Assembly (NCBI GenBank): GCA_016748015.1
Contig: JAAOMT010000790.1
Location: 13,479-77,478 of the forward strand
Origin: Geosiphon pyriformis uo1
Lineage: Eukaryota > Fungi > Glomeromycota
DNA: 64,000 nucleotides
Direction of reading: 5' to 3'
Positions 1 to 12,700 of this stretch are shown one piece after another. Both the position numbers and the translations under genes were made by a program. The notes under the pieces are model-generated. The model was not told the origin of the DNA, did no database searches, and saw nothing but the letters and a program-made list of their open reading frames with translations. Within the stretch, counting starts at the first letter, position 1; each line of letters opens with the position of its first letter.

Positions 1-800
1 TCTGAAAATAGTCCTAATTTTGTGACCCGTCTGTACGATTCTAAATTTTGGAATGATGATATTTTTCGCTTGAAATAACAAATAAATGCGTTGTACAAAA
101 AGCGCGTCATTTACTAGTATGACGAGTTTTATTGAAGTGAAAATTTATTACGATAAACGGCACATTATTGGACGGTCTGCTATTTGTGTTAAAAATTATC
201 TTAACCGACAAAAAATACTGATAATTAAAAAAGAAATAATAGAATGCTATTTTCATTAGAGAATTTCTTCGAAAGAAAAAAGTTAATTTTATTATACATA
301 TCGGATAAAAATAATCGTTATCTGTACATTGTCTTCCTAGATTTAGATCTTCAACTTTTACGTTCCCTATTCAAACGTTAATAAAAACCTGTTCTATATT
401 TTGAAAGTTAGGTTTCGCTGCAGCTCTGTGGGATAGAATCCCAAAACGGTAAATAATGCACATGTCTTAATAGTTCAAGAAACAGAGGAATTAATTGAAT
501 TTATGTAAAATTCTACTGCGTGAACAAAGTTTTATGAACTTCTTTCATGTCCAATTAGTTGGACTATCAATAAGATTTGTCTAATCATGTATAATAATAT
601 CAACTTTTATTGATTTTTTTATGTGAAAAAGGGAAAACAACAGCTCTTTTTTACTGTTGCTTCTCAACTTCCCTTGATAAATTTCTTGAAACTCCAGAAT
701 TTATGATTTCGGTTAAGAGATAGGTTCCGAATATAACTCTGTGCTGAAAAGTTTCTTAAAGACCCTTCACTTGTTAAAAAGCCTTAAGATTTCCGAAAAT

Positions 801-3800
801 ATGGGCCAAGCATTGTCCACCGCCAACGCCTTAAAACCCTCATTCACGAGACGTAGTGCTGCTTTATTAGCCGCAGCCGGGTTGTTCGTGCTCTTGTACA
901 ACCTAAACGGACAACAGGAAAGACAACGGCAGGCGGCTGGACGTCAACCAGGGTCACGAGGAGGAACGGAAGCATCAGTTCAAGATGTTAGAAGCAGATC
1001 TAGAAGAGTAGGGGTTGATGCACGTTTTTTAGCACAAATGAAAAAATTGCTCCCTATCTGCATACCAGGTAACCAATATTTTGTGAATTCATATGAATAT
1101 CCTTAATAACTGGGACCTTATCTATCCTATGTGATTTTGGTACAGGCCTTGCCACCAAAGAGGTGACTCTGTTGGTAGGTTTGGCAATCGTCCTGGTTTT
1201 TAGAACATGGCTTGATATTTGGTGAGCAGTTTTTTTGATCGGGTTAAAGGGTGCTCTCTTCAATCAAATCTTCCATAAAGACTTTGTGTGTGAGGAATCA
1301 AGGATCACCGTTTCTGATCTTCATCGAGTCGATCCTGGGCTATTCCAATCTCGATCAAATTGGAAAGATTTCTTAAGAATCAGCGTTTGTTTAGACTTTG
1401 TAACACGTATGATTTCCATCTGAAAATATTGGTTTAATAACTGAAACTAATTATAAGTTCTTTTTGGGATCACTTGGAACAGGTTTTCGGGTTTCAATGG
1501 GTAAAATTTCGATCTCATCTGAGGATATTAGTCATATGATCCCTGAGCAATTTACATAATTTTTTTCATTTCTCATAGGCATGTGGTAAAAGCTATTGTA
1601 TCTCGAGACCGCAAAACCTTCTTAGCACGTGCTATTGTAGAGTTTGGCTATATGATGGTAAATTCAAACCCTTATTAGAAATTGAATGCTTGAAAGCTAT
1701 ACATATTCAAATCCTTCTTATTTTTTAGTGGCCTATGAGTGTAGTGAATAATTCACTAAAAATGTGCATTAGCGCCTTAGCTTTATCTTTCAGAAAACGA
1801 TTGACACGGGTTAATGACTTTAATTCCCGATTTTTCTTTTAAAATTCAATCTATAGCCTAAATTTAACTATTAATTTATTTTTTTAAAAGTACGCGCATG
1901 AACAATACCTTAAAGATATTGCCTTTTACAAAATATCCCACGTTGATAACCGAATTCAGAATCCTGATCAACTACTCACACAGGTACGTTGAAAATAATA
2001 CTTTGCATCACAATGCTTGCCTTCCTTACTTTAATAAAATAAAACTTGACATGTACTTTAGGATATTGACAAGTTTGCCGAAAATTTGAGCCATTTATTT
2101 TCAGATATCGGCAAACCCTTGGTCGATATCATTCTATTTGCTTGGAAATTGGGGGAAGCTATGTTAGTGCTTATTTTTACTAGTTCTCTTCCCTTCATCC
2201 ATAAGATTGCAATTTAAATTTCTTGACTCCCATACGCCAATTCAGAGGTCGAGAAGGTAAATTAACTTCAATTTACTGTCGAATTCAAATTCATACATAA
2301 AAATGTTTGACACGAGGCTACATTCTATTTTTTAGCCCCAATCTATATGATTACATATTTCCTATTGTCCGGTTCTATTCTTCGGGCAATGTCTCCACCA
2401 TTTAGAAAGTGTATGTACAATTTTTTTGCTCTTCATCTTTGATTTGCTATTTCACATTCATCAACCAATATATCTCTAATTTATTTAATTAGTGAACGCT
2501 ATCGAACAAAAGTTCGAGGGAGATTTCCGTTTTACTCATGTATTAGACTTATTTTTTACATTATGTTTTCCTACTTAAAAGGAAGTTCTATATTGATTCG
2601 ATTAAATTTCTTTAGTCACGCATCATGACTTATTCGGAGGAAATTGCATTTTATGGCGGTGGCGAACGAGAGAAGAGTTTAGTGAATAGCAGTTTCGATA
2701 AGATTTTGCGGCATGTAAAAAAAATATATCGCCTTCGTTTCGCAAATGGTATTTTGGATTCTGTGTTGGTGAAATATTGTTCCACTATGACCGCATATTA
2801 GTGAGTTACGCTTCTCTGTTATGCATAAACGTGTTCTATGAGCTGAAATAATAATGTGATTTAATTTAATTTGGCATTTTCAAGCTTGCTGGCTAGGCCT
2901 GTGTTTAATCCAAATTATGGTAAGGAAAATCTTAAAGTCATTCAATTTCAAATATCCGTGGCTTTAGTTTAATTTTAAATCTTTTATTCAGCTACTGAGT
3001 ATATGGGAAAACTCGGCGCTGACCCAACAAAAATTATGGAAGATTATTCGCGAAATTGTAATTTTAATCAATCATTACCTATATTCAAGTAGCTAGATCA
3101 ACTTTTTCCTCTAAATTCCCTTGATCACTTTTAAAAAACTAGCTGGATACCTCGTGAATTTGTCACAGGCAGTTGGCAGATTAATTTTAGCTGGCCGTGA
3201 TTTGCCTAGATTCGCAGGCTATGCGGTGCGTCATGATTAATAATCAAAATATTAATTGCTAAGTTGCTATCCTTTGAAAACTAAACACATCGATTGTTTC
3301 TAGTCCCGCATATCAGAATTATTTGAAGTCCTCGAAGATGTCAATAAGGGTCGATACGAACGAACTATAAGTTCAAATGAAGCCAATATTACCAAAGGTA
3401 TTTTGATAATAAAAATATTTGGCTATTTGAGAAATTTGATCGAGTAAGAGTCATCGATCAACAATCTCTTATCGTTAAGGTATAACCCCAGCTGATATCA
3501 AGGGTCGGGTTATTATACAAGATAGCGCCATTCTTTTTGACCACGTTCCTATCATAACGCCAAATCACGATGTATTGGTAGGTCTTTCACTTTTAAGTTG
3601 TGATATTTGAGCTAAAGTAATAATCTTTAATTCCTTATTGAACTTTAGATTAAAGATTTGTCATTCAAAGTTGAGAAAGGAATGAATTGTCTGATTATGG
3701 GACCAAATGGATGCGTATGTAATATTTATCATTGCTTAAAAAAATAATGTAACTTATCATGAATGTTTTTTTGAAATTTTTATTTCTAGGGAAAAAGTTC

Positions 3801-5106
3801 TCTTTTCCGAATTCTTGGTGACCTATGGCCTTTATTTGGTTGGTTATTTTCCATATGACCAATTTCTCCAGAAATGACTCATTTTGCGAATTTAGGAAAT
3901 TTCTTTTTTAACCAACAGATGGCACTGTCAAAAAACCTTCTGCCTCGAAACTGTTTTATGTGCCTCAGAAGCCATATTTGGCACTTGGGACTCTGCGAGA
4001 TCAAGTAAGTGTGTGAGTTCAACTAGGTGTGTGAGTTTAACTTGTAAAAAATTTCGGTCTCAGTACTGAACAATTAAAACCATCTTGAATCTCATTTGCA
4101 AATGATGTCTACAGATAATCTATCCCGACACCAAAAGTCAAGCCCGTAGCAAAGGCTATAATGATGAGATCTTGTTGGAATTGCTCAATGTTCTACATTT
4201 TGATTATATAGTAGAACGAGAAGGCTGGGATTCTGTACGGGATTGGACGGAGGCTCTAATGGGGAGTGAAAAACAGGTATTTAAATCATCCCTTCTCAAA
4301 TATTGCTTTTTCCAACAGATACATACTTTTTATGATAACTCATCCTTATTTTGTAATCTCAAAGCGAGTGGCTATGGCGAGGCTTTTTTACCATAAGCCT
4401 CAATTTGTAAGTCATTGCTTTCTCTGATTTTTTTCAAATGGAATAGCTCTGTTGATGACTCATTGTAACAATTTACAAAAGGCGATATTGGATGAGTGTA
4501 CAAGCGTCTTTAATACCGAGATTGAAGGCGCTATGTATAGACATGCGCGTGAATTAGGGATCACTCTGCTCACTGTTTCTCATCGTCAATCTTTGGTGAG
4601 GGTCACATCTTTAACTGAAGAATTTTTTTAACATATATTCCAAAGTTTAATCCTTTAATTATTTTCATGGATGAAAATTGTGATCTCAGCGTAAGTATTT
4701 ATAAATTTATTAAAGCACCCATGGCTTTAATTTATCTTATTAATTATTCCCATTTATTCATAGTTCAATACCATGAATGGCTACTTCGTTTCGATGGCGA
4801 AGGCAATTATGAATTCAGAAAGTGCGACCTCGATTCTCAATTTTGCAATTTTTTTTCATAGCCAAGTTAATAGTTAACTAAGGTGATTAATGATGCTTAC
4901 AATCAAATTATTTGCCCAGGCTTGAAGAAGGTGATACAACGATCCCATTTTCATTTACGCAAAGTAAAGCATCCACATCTGCTGGTGTTTCAAGTAAAAA
5001 CAAACTTGATCACACAATTTCTATTGAGCAAGAAGGGGAAGGTGAAGATGAAGGAGAAGAAGCTGACAATGAAAATAATGGCTCAACGAGTAGTGGGTCC
5101 GATTAA
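801..5106 (+). CDS. Peroxisomal ABCD-family half transporter (PMP70/Pxa1/Pxa2-like), many short GT-AG introns
   Basis: Spliced translation gives [31 protein letters not shown] motif SEEIAFYGG, Walker A GPNGC|[32 protein letters not shown]|AILDECTS and LLTVSHR, followed by an acidic tail ending at TAA 5106. Confidence 0.93.
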
Positions 5107-6879
5107 AAGTGCTCTTCTCAAACTGGTTTGTGCGCCGCGCCACACGTCTCAAATAAGGCATTCAATCATTACATCCAACTCCCCATAAGAATTTGCCGCT
5201 ACCCTCTATTTTAAGCGCTGCTCGCCCAACCCCCTTTGGGATTGTATAGAAACAGTCCACCACCCCTCCATTTATGGATATAAATCTTAAAAGCACACGA
5301 CATACGAAGCTTACTTTGGTTAATGGTATGTAGATAAATCTGAAAAAACTGGTACATAATATATAGGATTTGGGGACGCTATTTAATATCAAACGGTATT
5401 GGTGGTGATAGATTATTTCAATAGTCTTTAAGGAATCTCATTAAGAACGTGGGAAAGTATTTAGCAAATCTTTTGTCGAGTTCTTTAGACTATCTATCAT
5501 AGATGGGTGATTGTTTTCCTAGACTGATTGAGTGAAAGAGGGCAGTCATATATCATTGTTGTCGATTTCACTGACTCTTATTTGCCCAAGTTCACTATTT
5601 AAGCTTTTGAGATGATGCGATGCGTAAAAACAAATTAGATACAGTTTGGTTATTTTAATAATTGTGGCTGAGCCACTTTTTATTAATGATTTCAAAAAGT
5701 GTGGATGTAAGATATGGTGTTAAAATTATTTTGTGAATAAAATGATTTTAATTTTGTCCCATTTTTAATTAAATGGTAAGCAAATTTAATTGATGAATAA
5801 TTTAAAAAATTGTGATAAATAATAACTAAAATAATTTATTAATAAAATGGGGCATGCTGCGGAGGATGATGTTGTTTTCGCTAATGATGGCTTTTTTTTC
5901 TTCATAAGTCCATGCTTACTAATTTCTAGTTCACTTCGTCTCTTAGTAATAAAGAATTAAAAAAATTTGTTAATTGCTTTCAACAGCAAATAAAAAATAC
6001 AAAAACCAACTGAATAATAATCGCAATTCTCTTTATTCTCTAGTCAAAAAATTTAAAAAAAATAATCAATATTAAAATAAGCCAAAATAAAAAATTATTT
6101 AAAAGATTATTTAAAATTATTAAAATCCAATTTTATAATATTATTATCAATCAAGTTAATATTAATATACACAAAATTAATATTATATTAACTAAATAAT
6201 AAAAACAAAACTATTATTATATATACAAACTATAATTTAAAAATTATAGGTTTTTAACTTTGATTTTTAATATATTTTATTTTAAAAATTCATTAACAAT
6301 ACATTAATTTGTGTAAGCCATTATTAAAAATTGTAGCTTAAACATATTTTAATATATAATATACAAATTTTAAATTTAAATTAATACAGTTTTGAATATT
6401 GTTTTATTTTTACAATATAATAAGTAATTAAACAAATTAATTAAATAAAAGTTTGTGTTAAAATTATTAATAAAAACAAATTATTTACATAATATTAAAA
6501 AATATATTATTTAAAATATATATTATTATTTTTAAATTATATTTATTTTTGTAAGCTTTTTTATTTAATAAATTTTTACTTTTTAAAATTATTACTATTT
6601 TATTATATAATTGGTTAATTTTTTATATAATTTATAATTTTGTTAATTTTTAATTAATGATAATATTACAAAATAAATAAAAATTTAATAATACTTTAAA
6701 CTTTAATACTTATAATAATATATTTTTAAAAGTTTTTTATTAAATATAATTATATTTAAATTTAAAAAAATATTATTAAAATTTAAAATAATATTATTAA
6801 AATTTAAAATAATATTATTTAAAAACAATTTTTATTTATATTATTTAAATTTACTTAAATTAAAAATTAATAAATTTTT

Positions 6880-7365
6880 TTGTAAATTTATTGTGTATTA
6901 AGAGACTAATATGCTGAGGCTGTCATAATTTTTAATGAAAAAATAAAAGCTGCTTCTATTTTTATTAAATATATAGAACATCTGATGAAATTATATCACA
7001 TTAAGATATGGCTTTGAGATCTAAACATAAAGTAGACATAAAAAAAGCTGGATTGGTCAGAAATAATAATTTAATTTTAGATTTATTATATAGTATAATG
7101 TCTATATTATTAAATATAATAGTTTAATTGCTTGATATAATAAAATCTTTTGTAATTAGTTTTAATAAATACAAACTGTGCTCTTTTTTTTCTGGTTTGA
7201 GTAGAAATATATATGTTAGTATAGACATTTAATGTTGTTTTGTCTGGTCTAAATGACTGGCTATATGTAATAAAAATATAAGCTATATTTAGTTTAAGTT
7301 ACTTAGTTTGGTTTTATGTACTAGATAACAATTGGGCTTTACTCATTAAATATTAATAAAAAATA
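6880..7365 (+). mobile_element. Heavily decayed 3' end of a LINE (ORF2 C-terminus, 3' UTR, A-rich tail)
   Basis: Residual reading ...IKKAGLVRN...LLDIIKSFVISF...CSFFSGLSRNIYVSIDI* (stop 7230-7232). The following UTR (tgttttgtctggtctaaatgactggctatatgta...) is homologous to the minus-strand UTR at 7880-7983. Confidence 0.55.
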
Positions 7366-7851
7366 TTTTATTGTAAATAAATAATAAAAACCAAATATTT
7401 ATTATATATTACTATTTTAATTAAAATTATTTGGTTTTTTATATATTATTTTAAAATAAAAATTATATTTATTTATTATAAATTTTTGATAATTAGCTTT
7501 TAAAATAATATTTTTAAGTAATTTTTTATTATTATAAATGTTTAATTAAAATAATATTTTAATAAAAATTAATAAAAATATTTTAGTAATATTATAAATT
7601 TAAGTAATTATTATTTTTCTAATTAATTTTGAATTATAAATATTAAATTTTTTTATTAATAATTTAATATAATCAAAATATTACTTATTTATTATTAAAA
7701 AATTTTTTGTTATTATTAAATTAAATAAAAATATTAAATAAAAAATAATTACATATTTTGCTTTTTTATTAACAAATAAATTTATTTAAAAATATTATAA
7801 AATAAAAATAAATAAAAATATTTAAATTTTATATTTTTATACAAAATATAA

Positions 7852-8914
7852 TTTTTTTATATTAAAATTAATAAATGTAATTTAACTACTACTTAAAAAC
7901 ATATAATTATACAAAATTCTATATTAAATATAATTTATGCTTTTTTTACATATAATTAGCTATTCAGACCAATTAAAACAGTATTATACATCTAAATTAT
8001 TTACTACAAAAAAGTTTCACAAAAAACCAAACTACATATTGTTTAAACAAAAATATAGACCAAATTACATATAAATATTTAACTTAATGCCAAAATTTTA
8101 AATTATTTTACAAAACTATATGGAAGTTAAATTAATTATAGCCAAAATTACAAATTTATTATATGGTAAAAAACTATGTTTTTTATAATACACTTTCAAT
8201 TTGATTATTATAGCCAAAGTTTAGATTTGTAACTTTTGGTAAAATACTAAATTAAATTAATATTAACAATCTATTATTTGACTTATTTCCCAATAAACTT
8301 GTCATATTAGTTACTCAATTTTTTATCATGAAACTTTTAACTAATAATATATATAAACAATTAAAAAATTCAGCTTTGTAAAAAGAATAAATTACTATAT
8401 AGTTATTAGTACAAACATTCAACAAACTAATTTATTCTCTAATAGTATCTGAAATCAAATTTTTTTTGGCATAATTATCTTGTGTGCATAAAAACATATA
8501 ATCTAAGTTTTTTATCAAACCACACCAAATACACAGCACACTAAAATAATTCAGATCATATAATTTTTTTTTTAACTATAAGCAGTTGGCAGTATAAGAC
8601 TTTTATAAAATATAATCAAAGTATTGCAAAAGCAGAACTTGTGAAGTTAGACTGAATTTAATCATTAAAGTACTATATACTAAAAATCTAATGCATATTT
8701 ACAAGGTTGTAAAAAGATTTGTTTACAATATTATTTATATACTTAAATTCTTAGCTAACAAAATTAATGGTCTCAAAAAGACTTCTAATAAAGTTATGGA
8801 TGTTTTCAAAGATAGATTTGTTTTCTATAACAAAGAAGTAATATAATATTCTAATAGGCAGAGTAGAATTAAATATGATGACTACATCAACAAAAAAATT
8901 AGCATGTTTATTAT
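7852..8914 (-). mobile_element. Decayed 3' portion of a LINE (end of an RNase H-like region, Cys/His zinc-binding motif, C-terminus, 3' UTR)
   Basis: Minus strand reads NKHANFFVD (GNExAD-like), then KKLYDLNYFSVLCIWCGLIKNLDYMFLC (CxxC...HxxxC-like, H decayed to Y), and ends at TTA 7984-7986. Its 3' UTR matches the plus-strand relic. Confidence 0.6.
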
Positions 8915-9735
8915 TGTTACTCATAAAAATATAGGAAATATTATAGCATGATTATTAGCCAATCAGAAGTAGGTATAGTAAATGTGGAATTCCAGAATTT
9001 CTCTCAGGAATTGCAGGATTTCAAGAATTTCAGAATTCTCCAACAAAGAATCGCAGGATTCCAGAATTCCAAGATTCCTGTTATGAAGAATTGAGGAATT
9101 GAGGAATCTCAATTATGTATATATAGCAGCAGGACTAGAAGCTAAAAAGACAGATCTCTTAGTTTAGATTTAATCTAAGCAACTTTCCAAATTACAATCA
9201 TCTAATAAATAACTATTTGTTATCTCAAACTCATTTCCATTATCAACACTTCATGTTAATAGTAATTGATACTTAATCACACTAGAACAATAGCTCTTGA
9301 TCATGGCTATTGACAGAATACTAACTTGTAAATCACCTTGGCTTATTTTTTTTTTTCTTTATTTTATTTTTTTTTCTTTATTTTTTTGCTTTGATTTTAT
9401 TGTTGTTTACTAACTCTATTGAGGATTAACGTGTGGAACACTGACGTCAGGATAAACGTAACTGGTAAAAGACCCAGAAATAAGGGTAGAACACTCAATT
9501 GAGGATAGCTTACCAGGAAGAATACCGGCCATCAAGCTAAGAAAAAAATTGACGAAACTGTGGTTTCGGGAAGCTATGGAAAAAACTATCACCATTGAAT
9601 CTCTGTTCATTATACAAAGAACTCAACCAAACCCTTCAGATACCAAACCTTTAGATCATTGACAACGAGAATAGCTTTGAGCACCAAGTTACAGGTTCAT
9701 ATTTAATTCAACACCAGAAATTGTCACTTGTAACA
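8915..9735 (+). repeat. 5' LTR of element A
   Basis: TGTTAC...TGTAACA termini; aligns with 27987-28865; TATA-like gtatatatag near 9118. Confidence 0.95.
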
Positions 9736-9754
9736 TTTGGTGCTCCTTGTGAGG
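9736..9754 (+). promoter_or_regulatory. Primer binding site of element A
   Basis: TT-TGGTGCTCCTTGTGAGG directly after the LTR, complementary to a tRNA 3' end (CCUCACAAGGAGCACCA). The tRNA identity was not determined. Confidence 0.85.
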
Positions 9755-9797
9755 TATAATATTACAAAGAATTAGCACCAACAAACACCATCCAAAA

Positions 9798-12700
9798 GTG
9801 GCAGAATCAGAAAACATAGGAGCAAACTATTTAGGATTCATGAAATCCTTATTTCAACACTATTGTCAACACTTGGGATTAAACTACAATCATATATTCA
9901 CCGAATCAGTCTTTAATTTCTACGTCAATGAAAAGATTTTCTCTTTGTTAGAAACACTAGTGAATACTAAATCAGCCAGAGAAACTTTCTACAAAGAATT
10001 AATTCAAAATACCAATCTGCCAACAAATCACAATTTTGCCTCCATCATTACTGAGATCAACAAAAAAATTGAACATCACATCCAACAAAAATATCCAATT
10101 ACTTATGCCAGTAAAGGCAAATAAAAACTATAAACACCAGTAGTAATACCCAAAAGGATACAACCACCTACTTGGAAGAAAACAAGAGTTGAATCACCAA
10201 CTGCTCTATCCTATTACTACACACTGGAAAGCACCATCAATATAACATCAGCAAGCACATCCACATCAAACGCGATATCAACATTTGGACAATTCCTATT
10301 CCAAAGTAAACAAAGAAAAACAGATTTACTAGGACCATACGGTGAATATTTTGAAGGATTTAAGTTGCGATTACCAATACTATCAGGAATTCGATCACTG
10401 CTGTCTCAACCAGACTTTGGAACCACTATCCCATGGAAACTATCTGAAGAAGAAGAGGAAGAAGAATCAGAAGATCAAGAATTTACTTATCAAAACCTGA
10501 TCCTTAAAAACCCAGAATTTGGAATCCCAAACGTTCAAACTCAGCAAGAAAATCCGGAAATCGAAACTCCGAATATTCAAGCACTGCAAAATCAAAAACC
10601 CGAAGTAATTAATCAACACTTACTTCCAGTTATTGTCATTGATCAACCACCAGTTGAACCAATTGGTCAGCCCATCCAAATACCAAACCAACAAAATCAA
10701 CAACCACCCTCAGTATCATCTCAACAACAACAACAACTTCTATTACAGCAACAACAACAAATGGCATACACACCAATTGCAAAGCTTGACAAATTCACCA
10801 GCAAAGAAGATGATGCACAAGTGTGGCTAAACAATGTAGAAAAAACCATTACAGCCAACGAATGGAATGACACCAGAGCCATGCAAGTCATACTTTATTT
10901 TCTCAAGGATATAGCAGATTCATGGTATCAAAGCCTGGTCAACAAACCCCAAGATTTCAACACCTTTAAATTAGAATTTTTGAGATACTTTAGCAATAAC
11001 AACAGCATCAACAGATTAGCCAACACTTTCACTACAATTAAACAAGGAGAAACTGAAGCAGTTATCACATATCTGGGATGCTTCCATAGAAATCTGCAAC
11101 AAATCCAAGCAATTAATGCTAATTATTTCACAGCGCCACAAATTTTCAATCAATTCATCCATGGCCTGTGCAGTAGCATCTTGCAACATGTATGCCCATT
11201 GCATCCAGCCACTCTCCAGAATGCAGTCACACATGCCAGAAATTTCAAATTTGCCAAATTAGAAGCCAATCACACCCACACCATAAACCTAGTGATGAAT
11301 AGATCATCTGAATTGGATTCTAAATTGAAACAATTCAGTGATTCAATTAATCAGAAGTTAGAGGGATACTTAGCTGACAATTGTGCAATTTATCAACCAC
11401 CACAATAATGCAACAATCCAGGAAATGTGAATCATTTCCAAAATCAGTCGCATTCATCATCATCATCAACAGCACCTAATCAGTCATGGCAGCCAGAAAC
11501 ACATGTTTGCCACAACTGTGGTAAACAAAGACATATAAGAGCAGACTGCAGATTTTATAGCAACAATTCACGATTGGAAAATCAATATCAAAACCTCAAT
11601 CACAGATTTCAAACTCCAAATTGTTACTTAAATCAAGATCAAACTACTTACCTGCCAATGACACAGCCATTAATCTATCAACTGTCAGTATATTAACCTC
11701 AAATTTATCAACTGCAGCCACCAGTAATTTATCAGCCACAACCCCAAATAATTTATCAACTCCAATCAATTCAGACACTGCCCCAAAATTCAGTTAATAT
11801 GACATCAGGCCACTCCAGACCTAGAATTACACAAAACTGGAGATCGGCAATAGTTGTCTACCAACTGATCTCCAGTTCTTCTAACTCACCATCAGGATTA
11901 CATTCACAGAATTCGGGTACTGGTACCACTCAAAACCCAAATTCCCAGAACTATTTAAGTCTCCTGATTACTCCAGAAGACGCCACCAATACCAATTCAG
12001 GATCCAACCAACAATTAACACTCACCAGCAATATTCTGCCAGCCACCATCACAGAAGACGAGTCACTCACAGCCATATTCCCATTTGAAATTGAGGAACC
12101 ATCAGGAGTTCTTTTGTTTAACAGAGCCGCTATTGAGGAAAAACCCATCACGGTGATGTACACCAATGCCAAAATTGATGGCCATTCTATCAAGCTCATT
12201 CTTGATAGTGGGTTAGCAAGCAGCATTATCACATGACAACTCATGGACCAATTAGGTTGCCAAGTTAATCGTGCTGCCAGCACCAGAATCATAACAGCTA
12301 ATGGAGCAACCAAAACTCTCATTGGCAAGATTGATGATCTACCCATTGAAATCAATGGCATCACTGTACTAATCAAGGTATTAGTAATGGAAACAACCCA
12401 GTACCAAGCTCATTGGCAACAACTGGTTGTCCAAAACCAACACAATGCTTGACTGGAACACACAAAAACTCCAACTTAGCCAAAACAGCCAATACATGCA
12501 AGTACCAGCCATGTGTGGCCATTTCAAACTTAACAATGTCATGTTATCAATGCTGCTCATCGATTTTGAAGAGGAAAAACCAAAGCCTACTTGGGAGGCA
12601 TACCAAGTATTGTGGGCCGACGTCGAGCACAACAAGCTACCGCCAATTCTAGACTGAGAAAAAAAGAACAATATAAAGGGAAAAGGAACAGAAACAGAAG

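Noticed and set aside
5162-5392. Short minus-strand ORF here, the one at 38739-38966, and antisense ORFs within TEs
   Set aside because: No recognisable motifs or splice support; most are shadows of coding sequence on the other strand or chance ORFs.
8984-9112. CRISPR-like repeat array
   Set aside because: Eukaryotic context, no unique spacers, and the block is duplicated as part of an LTR.
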